From contig MU053513.1 in assembly GCA_013239625.1 (NCBI GenBank), forward strand, positions 1,538,927 to 1,602,926: a DNA stretch of 64,000 nt. Direction: 5' to 3'. The notes under the pieces are model-generated. The model searched no databases. It saw only the letters and a list, made by a program, of their open reading frames with translations, and was not told the DNA's origin. The translations under genes and the position numbers were made by a program. This stretch comes from Lama guanicoe. Lineage: Eukaryota. Every line of letters starts with the position of its first letter. Positions within the stretch are counted from its first letter, which is position 1. This document shows, one piece after another, positions 40,364-52,590 of this stretch.

Positions 40364-40699
40364 TGCTATGATCTGTTTGTGTCCCCAAAACTCAAATGTT
40401 GAAATCCTAGTGTTCGTGGGTGGGGCTTTTGGGAGCTGCTCAAATTGTAAGTGTGGAGCCCTCGTAAATGAGATTAGTACCTTATCACAGAGGCTCCAGA
40501 GAAACCACTAGCTCCTTCCACCAAGTGAGGACACAGCAAGCAGGTGCCAGTTATGACTAGGAAACGAGTCCTCAGCAGAAGGTGACCGTGCTGCCACCCT
40601 GATCTTGGGCTTCCCAGCCTCCAGAATTGTGAGCAGTTGTTGTTTATAAGCTGCCCAGCTGGTGGTATTTTGTTAGGACAGCCTGAAAGAAAGAAGGCA
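40364..40699 (+). mobile_element. MLT1A-like MaLR solo LTR
   Basis: TGCTATGATCTGTTTGTGTCCCCAAAACTCAAATGTTGAAATCC...CCAGCCTCCAGAATTGTGAG...GGTATTTTGTTAG. Confidence 0.85.
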
Positions 40700-40824
40700 G
40701 TAAGAAACTGGGAGCCCTGTAGGTGTTTGATCAGAGCATCAATATTAAGATGAAGGATGGGGGGATTCAGGGAAATCATATTCAGGGTGCCCCGTTAGAA
40801 TCTGCATTGTAATAATTCAGCAGT

Positions 40825-41370
40825 GACGACCACCAGTGCCCTCCAGCCAAACCCCACCAGGAATTCTCATCTCTAGTTTACTGTTCCTTCCAACAAGGGG
40901 GGCAACACACCGTGGGGAACCATGGAGAGGGTCCAAGTAAGAGGGTGTTAGAGAGCCCTGGGGTCGTGTTAGGTGATTTTTAGGGCAGGCCCAAGGAAGC
41001 AGGGGTTAGCCGTCAGGCAGTAGGGGCAATTGTATGATTCAGTATCTTAGAAAACCTATCTACAAAGTGGGGGAAAGTGTCAAAGCGAAAACTGTGGTAA
41101 AGGAGCAGCAGCCATTTTCATCAGTCAAGACAGGGGGACGCCTGGTCATTTTTATGGTTTGGATCATGTCTATGTTTCTGTCTGTGTTGAGACAAGATTA
41201 CCAAGTAGTCTCGGACAAGATTACCGAGTAGTCTATTTCCGTCTTGAGCCATCACGGTCACAGAGTGGTCTTATCTGATGCCGATGCTCTGCGAAATCAT
41301 TGATATCCAATAAGAACCTGCCTGTGAGTGTCCGGCCAACTCCCAGATGTCAGGAGCTGACTTTCTCACA
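40825..41370 (-). mobile_element. MER89/MER90-like ERV1 LTR
   Basis: The reverse complement starts TGTGAGAAAGTCAGCTCCTGACATCTGGGAGTTGGCC and contains CATCAGATAAGACCACTCTGTGACC. Confidence 0.6.
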
Positions 41371-42059
41371 CTCTCTCTACTCAGTTTTGTAGGGCCTGCT
41401 TCATAATCCTCAAATGGATGGTCAAATTCACACCGAACTCCCAATTCCTTCGTTTCATGTGTGTGTGTTTATTGATTTTCCTAAGGGAGCAAACATACAA
41501 GTCGGTGAGCCCCATTTTGTGCTGTTCTTCCTGGATTTCCCATTTGTGAGGCAGAAAGACACAGCTCGACCTGCCAGTGTCTGCGTTGCTGGGAAGTGCT
41601 GAAGTCTGCAGCACAGTTCGTGTTCTCCAGAAGGGCCACAGAGGTACAGAATGTCGACTCTCACAAGAGCTCAGTGCTGGTGCCAGCAAGTTGAGAAAAG
41701 CAAGCAGTTTCAGTGTCTAGAAAGTTTTACAAGCCAACACACCATACACTGCAACTCACTTGCAAAGCCTTCTGTTTGCAAACAGTGCCTCCAACATCAT
41801 AATTTCTGGAATTTGTAGACATGCAAACGTTTGATACAACTTTTACTTAGCTTCCCAGTCTCCATACTTCACCCTCTTACTACTCCCCTTTCAAGATATG
41901 AGTGATGCTCCTCACTCCTGCCCCCCTCCCCAGCCCCACAGCAAGTCTCTTTTCTGACACTACAATATAAAAAAAAATTAACACCTACATAAGATACAAT
42001 ATTGTAACTGGTACTAGAGCTTTATGCCAAAGCTACAGGATTTTAAGTACTGTATTTAT

Positions 42060-42700
42060 GAGGGGTCTTATATTCAACAAATATTTTTTGAGCTCCAACT
42101 ATGTTTCAGATACAGTTCGAGGCCCTTAGGGGCTGCATCAGTAAACAAAATAGACAAAATCTTTGCTTTTAGTACACTGAAGAGGAAAAAGGCAATAAAC
42201 GAAGTAAGTTAAATCGACATAGGATGTTAGTACGCTATGAGGGAAACTAAGGGCAGAAGGGGTCAGGAGGCACTGTCATCTTCAGGGGAGGATCGGTACC
42301 CAGCCTCACCGAGGAGGTGATATGGGAGCCGATGTAAAGAAGGAAGAGCGTTCTACAGGAAGAGGCTCTGGTAGAGACAACAGCCAATGCAAAAGTCCTA
42401 AGGCTCCAGACTGCAAAGAACAACCAGGAGGCCAGACTGGCCGGACAAGAGGACCAGCAACGTTAGAGAGGCAACAGGACCTATGAGCACCGCTGGGCTC
42501 TGGCCTTTGTGCCAAGTTAGAGGAGGAGCTATTGGAGAGTTTTGAGCAGAGAGATGAGACACAGAATGTATCTCATTGGAAACAGCAACTTTTGAGTTTT
42601 GCTGTAAAGGAGAAATGAGGTAATAGCAGAAGAGATGGGGACAGGCAACAAAAGAAGGTTTGTTTTGTTTTTTTAAGAGAAATAATAGCACGTTTTATGT
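42060..42700 (-). mobile_element. Degraded L2 LINE 3' part
   Basis: ATTCAACAAATATTTTTTGAGC end and TTGGAGAGTTTTGAGCAGAGAGATGA motif. Confidence 0.6.
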
Positions 42701-43489
42701 TGAACATATGGCTGGGAATTAAAATCACAATTCTCACCTTTTCTGCTTCCCAAGCACACTGCTTATATGTATTGAGAGAGAAGGGGCTACATTTGCTTGA
42801 TATATTTACTCAATGAACTACTTAGTATTATATCATAGATAGACTAATATAACCAAATCAAAGTTAATAATTTCTGAAATCTATAAAGAGTTTTCAGCTT
42901 CTGGACATGTAAAAATATCTAACTACAAAGTGATTTCTTATAAAGCTCCTTCATATTCACTCTTCTTACAATCTTTCCACGTAGTAGAGAACTAAGAATA
43001 CATGTCATGACACAAACCACTTGTCAAACAATTACAGTGGCCAAACACTCAAAACGCCCCTCCAACAAATTTTACGACTACACAGCTCAAGGGTTTGGTG
43101 ACCAACTTTTGTGTGGATCCTGAATATTTCAAAAGATGGCATTAAACTTTTTCTAAAAGTGTCCCAGCATTTCTGAGTTAACTGTTCTTTTAGATGAGAT
43201 TTACTGTTTTTTTTTTCTTTTTACTGAATTGCTCACTTAGCTGTTTAGAATAGATGATATCACCTGTAGGGGATTTTTGTATAACTGGCCATCTGTTTTC
43301 AAGGTAATGATTACAGACTGTACTGTGCACGTGACCCATAGGTTTCATTAGCTTCCTCCTTCAGGAACCATGAAATAGGCGAAATCTATAATTGTCAGTT
43401 TCACAGCAGCATTTTTTGAGGCACTAAGTATTTTTGTGGTTGAATCTGAGGCTTTCATTGGAAAGATCATTTGCTTAGAAAAAGTTTTA

Positions 43490-43597
43490 GGGGGTGGGCA
43501 TACCTCAGTGGTAGAGCACATGCTTAGAATGCAGAGGGTCCTGGGTTCAATCCCCAGTACCTCCCATTAAAAAAGAAAAGAATACAATAAAAAAGAA
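43490..43597 (+). mobile_element. vic-1-type SINE (short form), left member of inverted pair
   Basis: GGGGGTGGGCATACCTCAGTGGTAGAGCACATGCTTAG...GGTTCAATCCCCAGTACCTCC plus A tail. Confidence 0.9.
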
Positions 43598-43611
43598 ATT
43601 TTGCCTGGTTT

Positions 43612-43716
43612 ATGGGGTTGTTGTTGTTGTTGTTGTTTTAATGGATGTGCTGGGGATTGAACCCAGGACCTCACGCATGCTAAGCATGTGCTCTACCAGT
43701 AAGCTATACTCCCCAC
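43612..43716 (-). mobile_element. vic-1-type SINE (short form), right member of inverted pair
   Basis: Reverse complement GGGGAGTATAGCTTACTGGTAGAGCACATGCTTAGCATGCGTGAGGTCCTGGGTTCAATCCCCAG plus (CAA)n tail. CCTGGTTT repeated at 43604 and 43722. Confidence 0.9.
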
Positions 43717-45060
43717 TACCACCTGGTTTGCATTTGGAATTTGATCAGTGACCAAGAATCCCACAGTTGCTATGTAATAAACTTGGAACAAGGAAACCTC
43801 AATTCAACTCCTGGCTCTGTCCCATACCAGTTCAGTGACTCTGGGCAAGCTACTCAACTTCTCAGAGCATCACTTAGCTCAGCTGGAAAATGAAAAGAAT
43901 CCTTGACTCATTGCTATGGTGAGGATGGAATGACCACCCTGTAGACTTACATGCCTCACACAGCCGTGGACACATCATTGGCTCCTAGTAAATCTGCCAG
44001 GATCTGCTAAACCAGATAGCAGGCCAGACCAACTCCTTCCCTTTCTTCCTTAGCAGAGAGAGTACACTTCTCCACTCAGTGCTGATTATATCCTTACAGT
44101 CACTCCCCTTCTTAAAGAAAAGATAGGACTTCTGAGATAATCATATTAAGGGGGGAAATTTTTTGTTTTGTTCCCACTGACATTGCAAAAGTTTATGCCA
44201 CTGTCCCTCTTGCTGGGGAAATGGGGTGAGAAATGAGATCTCACTAGTGTGCATCTTATTTCAATAAATTACTTCTTTCAAAAGTAACTATTGAGATTCT
44301 GTCACATATACTATGATGATCAAAACTTTACCCCAGATCTACTTAACTCTTTCTAATCCAAATGGAAAACTTGCATCACTGTTGGTTATATATATGTAAA
44401 CATTAATATATATCTAGAGTCATAAAAAGATATGAACTTTGATAAAGCACATCAAAATACCTAATGTTTATTTTTCTTGAAATTTTAATGCAAGTCAGTG
44501 CATTGGAAACTGAAAATGCTGAACATGCTATTGCTCAGACACCCTGAAAAACTTGGGAAGCAATATAACAATATAACTTCATTAAACTTAGAGCCAGGGG
44601 AAAAAAAAAAAAAAACCTGAGTTTAAAGCCAGGCTCTGTCACTTACTCTGTAATTCTGAAAACTTCCTGAACCTCAAAGCATTAGTTTCCCACCTGTGAA
44701 GCAAGGAAATTAATAATAATACTTCTCAGGGATTAAGTGAATTGAATAGTCGTGTATCTTGAGGAAGACAATGCAAAGTAACTAAATCTGGAGTCCGTGG
44801 TTACAGGAGAGACATTCAAAGTTGTTGGTTAGTATGCTAACAAGCTCACTTAGCTTAGAAACCGGAAGATCCAAATATAAGTAACAGGCCAGCTCCGTTC
44901 TTGCTAGCTATGTGACCCTGGCCAAAGTCCAATCATCCTGAACCTCAGCCCCCTCAGCCCCTCATTTAACTATTAGGTATTGATAATATTAGTTACAATT
45001 CATTAAGCACTTACCATATACCTTACAACCACCCTTCAAGGTACGTGTTCTTATCCCTCT

Positions 45061-45215
45061 GTTTTTGTTTTTTTGTTTGTTTTGTTTTGTTGTTGTTGTT
45101 TCGGTAGGGGGGAGGTAATTAGGGTTTTTTGTCTTATCAATGAAGGTACTGGGAATTGAACCCAGGACCTCGTGCATGCTAAGCATGTGCTCTACTACTG
45201 AGCTATACCCTCCCA
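45061..45215 (-). mobile_element. vic-1-type SINE
   Basis: Reverse complement GGGAGGGTATAGCTCAGTAGTAGAGCACATGCTTAGCATGCACGAGGTCCTGGGTTCAATTCCCAG plus tail module. Confidence 0.9.
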
Positions 45216-46099
45216 CTTCATCTCTATTTCACAAATGGCTGACACTGAGAGAAGTTAAACCCGTTCAAGGTCACCCAGCTAGTTAAAACTAGTAGAACCT
45301 GGATCCACATCCAGGATATCAGTCTCCAAATCCTGTCCTTGACTACCAGCCACCTACCTGTCCTAGGGAAGATCAAAGAACATTACTCCTGCAAGGCTGC
45401 TTTTTGAATTGAAACGCTCTATACAAAGATGAACTATTATTCTTAGTACTCTATATCAACATAAAGACTTCACAGAATGGCTTTTATTTGCCTCTCAGGT
45501 GCCTGGGAACCCTGAAAGAACAAAAGGTTAGCTTCAAGCTCTCTTTTCATCTCCTCTCGGAATTTTGCCTTGACATCAGTTTCGCTTGAGAAGAACTGAT
45601 AAAGAACGTTAAAGAGTACATAGCCAAATGCCACTCTGTGCCACTGAAGGCAGCTCTCTGCACTCCCAGGAGTCCCAGGCAACAAGATCTTGTGCTTTTC
45701 CTTGAAATGTGGACAAAGCACTTTCTTGGGCTAAAATCTCACACCTGCGTTTGCAACTGCAAAAGCAGCTTGGGAAAGTATACATAATGTGGTCACGTAA
45801 AGGTCCACATAAACAAGTGCTTTGGAAGTCAGCCTACAAGACACTCCAGCTCCAGGCACGCATGCAATCGATCTAATTAAAGCAAATTTCAGTCTCTTTT
45901 CAAGGATTTGGTGTAAAATTTAGAGCTGCTTTCTCCTCTGGTCCCACGTAGCTAAAAATAACTCTTAGTTATCCATCCTTGGAATAATAAGCTTCTTAGA
46001 AGTATCGAAGTGTTGCTGGGTATGGCATATGAGTGGCAAAGTGAGGCTCGGTTTGGTATCACCTGGAAGGTACCCCCTCACCCCTCAATCCCAGAGATG

Positions 46100-47000
46100 C
46101 TCAGCGTGGCCCTCTCACCCTTGCAGAGGAAGCAGGAGAGCAAAGTCCAGATAAATGAAGGATGTTAATCTGCCGAGCCAGACCTCGACGCTGGGAAGGC
46201 GCTGACGCCGCCGACCGCGGAATCCGGGACTCGAGCCTACTCATTTGCATGAGGAAGAAGGTCGCCCCGGGGTTTCCCAGAGGCTCGGATCTCCGAGCCT
46301 GGAGAAGGCGACTTTCTCCGGTCCGGGGACTTACCTTTTCCCTCCCCAGTAAGGACCTCTCGCGCCTCCTGGGGCGCTCGCAGCGGACCCCATCCCGCTT
46401 CCGACGTGGGGATCCGGGAGGCGAGGCTCTCAACCAGTCCCAGCCAATTTAGGCCGGCGCGCCGCTTGGGAGAGGCGGCGAGAGGCTGAGCCCGAGCACC
46501 TGGCGCTTACCTCGGACGGCGAGATCTCAAACACGCCCGCGATCTTGGCGTAGAGCTCCTGGACGCTGGAGAAATCCTCCACTCTGCCCGTGGCGCTGCC
46601 GTGGGCCAGCTGCGTGTGGAAGACCAGCCTGCGGGTGGGCGCCCGGGGCTCTGGGACGCTGCCGCCAGCCGCATCCTTCTGCTTGCCCTCTACCAGCCGG
46701 GAGGTCTCCTTGGTGTTCAGTTTCTTCTTTCTGCGCAGCAGCCCCAGGGGCATCTTGCCTGGCTGAGGGCGGGGACCCACCTGCACTGCTGACCGCTGCC
46801 TCTTAGGCCTGGCCAGCAGACTTTGTGCTAAGGGCCTGCTGGCTAGGGGGCAGATGCAGCCGGGGCTGGGCCAATGGCAGAGACCTTTGTGCCTGGCCCC
46901 GCCTGGTCAGGGCCCCCTCCTCCCCTGGGAGGAGCCGCACCTGCCCGCCGAGCAACCACCTGCCCTCCCTCGGATGGATCTGGAGAAGAAAAGGTAGACC
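46100..47000 (-). promoter_or_regulatory. CpG island / proximal promoter of GIPC2
   Basis: GC- and CpG-rich block covering exon 1 in otherwise CpG-poor DNA. GC boxes (GGGCGGGG ~46767, CCCCGCC ~46897) and CCAAT at 46871-46875. Confidence 0.85.
46511..46753 (-). CDS. GIPC2: GIPC2 coding exon 1 (81 codons; N-terminus and GH1 domain start)
   Basis: Translates [23 protein letters not shown]...[41 protein letters not shown], a GIPC-family GH1 signature closest to GIPC2. ATG at 46753 has A at -3 (GGCAAGATG). Donor GAG|GTAAGC at 46511/46510, phase 0. Lies in a CpG island. Confidence 0.96.
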
Positions 47001-47001
47001 C

Positions 47002-47478
47002 TGTGGACCACGGAATGTTGCCTACCATTCCAGTTCTACAAGGATCAAGCCACCAGCCATTGCAGCTGCCTCCCATGGTGCGCCCTGAGGGGAATTCAGA
47101 ATGGAGGAAAAAAGGAAACACTGTGTGCTCTGGGTACTGGCCCTAGATAGTTAAGATGCATACCTAAGGAATAATTTCAGTGAGTTCAGACTTTTGCATC
47201 TTCCTCTAGATAGAAAAGCACTAAAATCATTGACTTGAGATACCTGTTCTTTGTGATTAGCAGTAAACTTCTGATGTTCTAATACGTGTTTTTAGCCAGA
47301 TAAAACAAAAACAAACAAACAAACAAAAACTCCCACATATCCTGGCTCCTCACTTACCTCTTTGGAGCAGTTCCTCGGAGCTGAGAGGCTGTCTCCTCGA
47401 CTATAGTTCTTAGTTTTGTCCTCAAATAAAATTTAATTTGAAACTTTCAGGTTGTGCATTTTCTTTAACCCGTTCACA
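47002..47478 (+). mobile_element. ERV1 (MER41-like) solo LTR abutting the GIPC2 promoter
   Basis: Termini TGTGGAC...GTTCACA and AATAAA near the 3' end. Inverted homology to the LTRs at 48448 and 54597 (GAGCAGTTCCTC..AGCT..GAGGCTGTCTCC..GACTATAG). No clean TSD. Confidence 0.8.
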
Positions 47479-50400
47479 CATCTCATCTCCTGGCTTCTCT
47501 CCCCTTCTTTAAAAAAATGTCTCAAATTCTGTAAAAGCCTTTGGATGCTGATTCTGTAGGACAAGACGTCTTAGAATACAAGCATGCTGGCCCTTCGGGT
47601 GATGCTGATAAATGTGTGGTAGGCGCACACGACTGGGGCACATGCCCTCATGTCTGTGCGTCTAGGCCATTGGGGATAGGAGTTTAAGTAGAGGTCAGTC
47701 TTCAGCTTACTACCCTGTAGCTTACAGTCTGCAAGACAGAATTGGAAGGAAAAGTTTTGAGATTATTGCCACATTAAATTCATAGTCAAACAGCTTCAGC
47801 CGATCCCTCAGCAACTCTCAATGATCCTTTCTACTTTTTCCTGAGCACCTTTGTCTCCCAAACATTCAGCACTCTCCCCAAGTCATTTGCTCCGCTTCTG
47901 CCCTCCTTGGTCTCTGCAGAAAACCCTGTTATTCCAGGGGAAATTGAGGCCATTCAGTGTGACTCCTGAATTCCCTCAGTTCCCCATTTTCTGTAATTTT
48001 ACCCACATCCCTTCTCCAAACTCCAAAGAAGTCTCTTTTTCATTTGACCCTTGATCGGATCTTTTCATTCCTCAAGGATCTCTATGTCTAAGCCGCCTGT
48101 TGACTTGTTTTTCTCCTCCCCACGTAGTCCCACTCACTGATGGTCAAAACCCCAAATCTCTTACATTGTTTTCAAGTCCTCCATCCATACAACCCCACAG
48201 TAACCTCTATCTTTCTCAACAAAGCAAAACAGTCTTGGATTATTAGCTGCATCTCCTCAAATCCCCCCTTGCTCTTAGACTTGCTGTGATCAGACTTTGC
48301 ACCCACACTAAACTGAAATTACTATTACTATGGGCAGCATTTAATCATCAGGTATGATCACTTTTCAGTCTTTATCTTGCATGAGCTTTTAGAGTATCTG
48401 ACTGCGCTGACAATTTTATTCTTAAATCACACCTCTGTTTTGGCTCATGCCTACTGAAATAAAAATGCACAACATGAGAACTCTGAGTCTCAGTTTTATT
48501 TAAGGACTTGCTGAATACTATAGCCCAGGAGACAGCCTCTTAGATAGCTGTGAGGAACTGCTCAGAAGAGGTAAGGGGGGAGGTCACTATGCATGCGATT
48601 TTGGCAAAGGGGGTACATGAAACCGAGTGCCCATCTCAGTAGAATGTTACTGCTAGTCCTGAGGAACACATTCCTTAGTTAATGGTTTTAATTCCTTCCA
48701 AGTGTGGAAAGATGCCAGAATTCAGATTTACAAAAAATTTCTCCTGAAAATATCTACCTATCTGAAGGTCTGTCCTTCTAGTCTTCCCAGAGCCTCATTC
48801 CTAATCTCTGTCCTGAATTTCGTCTGGGGTGTGTTAAAGGTCAGTGACTGCCGTGGGTAATAACTCAATCCCTGTAGAGCCAGATGGCGACTGATCTTCT
48901 TCAGCTGGCAGTGCCCTCTCGTGCTCATAAATTCGACCAAGGTTTGGGAGGCATTTAATGACCATTTTGTCCCACGGTGCTAGGAATGCTCATTCCCAGG
49001 TCAAGCCAGATTTCTTTGACAGGCTACTCAGTGTGCTATTACTGGACTACTGTGGTCCAGGAAAAGAGTTCTTCTTGTTGCTTCTTCCCATATCTAGAGT
49101 CACACTATTAAAGTCACTGATCTCATGTAGAACTATATATGTGGCCAATCACGTGAAGTCGCCTAGTCATCCTTTTATCAGACGCTCAGTCACACATTTG
49201 GTTATGCAAGAAACAATAATCTTGCAAAATAGGCAGGACACATGTAATATAGCTAGTAGGTCATGAGTAAGAATTTAAGCCAAGGACTGCCATTAGGTGT
49301 GGCCCAGTATATTTCCAGGTCATCACCCAGGCTGTCCCATAGTAGTTGCCATGTTTAAAGGTAATGATGTGTTGGTATTGCTCACGAGGCACCCAGCCCA
49401 ACTGCCCAGCGTTACTAGGCTTAGTATCCTTAGTAGGGTTTAATTGTTCCCTGCATACGGGAGCTTTTAAACTTAAATGATGGTAGCCTGGTTTTAACCA
49501 CACAAGTCCGTCTCATAACTGAAAGGGGTTATATTCTTTGACAGAGATTAAGCTTGTATCTCTAATTGAGCTTGAGTAACTTTAAAGAAATTCATATTTA
49601 TGGCCACGGTCAGAGCAAGTATCGTTGATTGGGCAAGTGAAGGGATAACATCCAGTAATATCAATAGTAGCCTAAACGGAACTATAACTTACTTTGTCTA
49701 GAATAAATTTCCTAAGGGCATCTAATTAGGTGAGGAGAAATCCACCAAGGTGTAGAGGTAGTAAATGTAGGTAACTGATCTTAAACCCAGCCATTGATTT
49801 CTAAACTCTGCATAGGATCATGCCCATGATAAAAAAAATTTTTTTAATTTTTGCAAAATTTCAAGAAATCAAGAAAACACTGCAAATAATCAAATGGGGC
49901 CAGGTCTGGCACCTTGGGATAGCTGTCTACTTCTGATGTTGTCTTCTTTTCCTATGGAACTGAAGTTTCTCCTCTGAGCGTTGTTTTAAGGTGAGTTTGA
50001 GTTAGCAGTCTTCTCTATAGACCAGTTCATTGCAAGGGCCCTATCTAAGTGGAAAATATGAATCCAAGAGTCACTTCTCTTCAGTTTTGCTGCACATGAG
50101 CCAGTTAAGGACCTGATAAGGGTCTTTTCGTCTAGGTTGGAGATAGCTTTTTAAATGATACCTTTTCCAGTTTACATAATCCCCTATTTGCAAGGTCATG
50201 GGGCGTCTTCTGATCTTCATCCAATGATAGATCATTATAACAAGCTTCCGAAACAAACTCAATATTCTTTTAATAATTTAATTAAACTTTACAATAACAT
50301 GGCAATGAGGAGCTATCTGGGAAGTGAGTCTTAGGCAGTAAATACAGCTCTAGAACCCAGCATCCACTGAAACAATCTTCTCTCTAAAATTACCCCCATT

Positions 50401-51543
50401 TCTATCAAATAAAGCCAAATTAAGACTAACTTGTTTGCAACATAAGTCTGGTTTCAATAAACTTGGCCTGATTACTATATAAGTGTCGTTGATTATACAG
50501 GCTCTTTTAAAGTTGGCTTCTCAAGGCCAGGAAAGCCATGCCAAGGTCTTGCCATCAGGTTCCACTTGCAGTATCTACAAATTGGGGTGAATTCCTCTCC
50601 TCTTGAAGTCCCCAAGATAGCTTGAGATTCCTGCATTTGGCAGGATGTGGCCTTCATTACTCAACTGATAAGGCTCCTGGGAACCTAAGAGTTTCCGGTT
50701 TCTGGAGGGGTCAGGTAGAGAGAAAAGATAGATGTTTAAATTCTGCTTACAAGGGTATAATTTACCAATTTGCCATAAGTCATAATTAGCTTAAGGTGAA
50801 AGCTTTCCTTATCTCTGGAAAATACAGATTAAAAGTCAATAATATTTCGGACAGAAAAAAAAAACCCACCAAAATTATAACCATAGTCATCAATTTACTC
50901 AATGTTATGTAACTAATCCTTGATCTCCTGTATTAGCATTAGCTGTTAGTTTTATGAAGCCATCAGGGTTTCCATTAGAATTCTTTAATTTCTTACCCAG
51001 TTCAGTGATACAATCTGAAACCTGTTAGAAACCTGTACTTATCAAAAAATCTATGAATCTTCTTGAAAATGAAGCTTTTTTTTTGCAAAAGCCCCAATAA
51101 CATAATAACTGTCTATAAATGACAAAAGATTTTAAAGGTCATGATTAAAGATATGATTACAATGCTATTGACAAAGAAATTTGGTTACTGCTGTGACACA
51201 CAACAGTTTAAGACAATAACTAGAATTATGATTGATAACATTTTGCCAGGACACACCAGATTTTTAAGAATTCCATATCATTTCCAGGATATCCATATTA
51301 ATAACATTTATCCATACAATATAATCTAGGAAAGTTTATCACTCATTTGACAATGCTTCCCATGTAATTTAACATACCAAATAAGCCTAATTAATTTAAT
51401 ACCTCTCTTTGATAAGAAAAGAAAACAAATCTCTTGAGGTGTTCCATGGGCCCTTTGGAAAACCTGAAAGTTAGCTAGAGCTCAAATGAACTTCATTTAG
51501 AATTTGATCTTTGGGAAGTCTGTAAATATCCAAAAAAAGTTTA

Positions 51544-51735
51544 CATTACTATATGTAAAATAGATAAACAACAAAGACCTACTGTATAGCATAGGGAACT
51601 ACACTCAATTTCTTGTAAGAACATATAATGGGAAAGAATCTGAAAAGAAAATATATATGTATATGTATAACCGAATCCCTTTGCTATACACCTGAATCTA
51701 ACATTGTAAATCAACTACACTTCAATACACCTTTT
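51544..51735 (+). mobile_element. Short L1 3' end inserted in the provirus
   Basis: AAATAGATAAACAACAAAGACCTACTGTATAGCATAGGGAACT...TGTAAATCAACTACACTTCAAT. Degenerate TSD AAATATCCAAAAAAAGTTT/AAATACATCAAAAAGGTTT. Confidence 0.85.
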
Positions 51736-52156
51736 AAAAATACATCAAAAAGGTTTTAAAACACTTGTTCAAATAGGATCAAGGGTCACTGTGAAATAAT
51801 GCTTATTCACTTAACAAAAGTGGCAATAAAAGATTTCAAAAACAATACAGAAAGTTATGAGAGATTACTTAAAAGGTAAAGAAACTTTACAGTCTGTTGT
51901 CAAAAGCAGATCAATATTCTAAGAGAAATTTGTTCTCTTAACAGAGAGAGAAAACCAAATTCAAGTTTTGCACCACTTTACCTTTCATCTTAAAATTTAT
52001 CTACCCAATTAAATTCATTCTAATCTTAGTTAGTCTTAACCATACATAGAATCCTTTCTAAAGATTCTTTTCTTTCCTTCCCAGGAAACTTCCACAACTT
52101 GCTATATCCATATTAATTTTTTCCTTATTTTCTCTCTTACTCAGAAGTAATCTGGT

Positions 52157-52590
52157 TTTTTTTTTAATTTACAATGTTGTATTAGTTTCTGGTGTACAAC
52201 ATAGTGATATAGGCATACATACATATATATACATATATATATACACACATATTCTTTTCCATTACATTGAATATAGTTCTCTGTGCTATACAATTTGTCC
52301 TTGTTGTTTTTTCTATACATAGTAGTTTGTATCAGCCAATCTCAAACTCCCAATTTATCCCTCCCTCCCTTCTTTACCCGTAAGTTTGTTTTCTATGTCT
52401 ACGAGTCTCTTTTTGTTTTGTAAATAAGCTCATTTGTGTCAATTTTTTAGACCCCACATAGAAGTGTCATATGTGGAATCTAAAAAAAAAATTATATGAT
52501 GTTTATCTTTCTCTGTCTGACTTACTTCATTTTGTATGATAATCTCTCAGTCCATCCATGTTGCTACAAATGACATTATTTTATTCTTTT
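52157..52590 (-). mobile_element. L1 3' end inserted in the provirus
   Basis: TTTACAATGTTGTATTAGTTTCTGGTGTACAACATAGTGAT...TCCATCCATGTTGCTACAAATGACATTATTTTATTCTTTT. Confidence 0.88.

Noticed and set aside
46101..46452. Arg/Pro-rich ORFs on both strands near exon 1
   Set aside because: CpG-island compositional artefacts with no homology or splice support.
46754..46786. 11-codon N-terminal extension of GIPC2 from the GTG in the ORF track
   Set aside because: The ATG at 46753 has good context and matches the orthologous N-terminus. Nothing supports non-AUG initiation.
48911..49900. Intact or domesticated ERV env (syncytin-like)
   Set aside because: Only short stop-riddled frames and at best a faint transmembrane-end resemblance. 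No long ORF.
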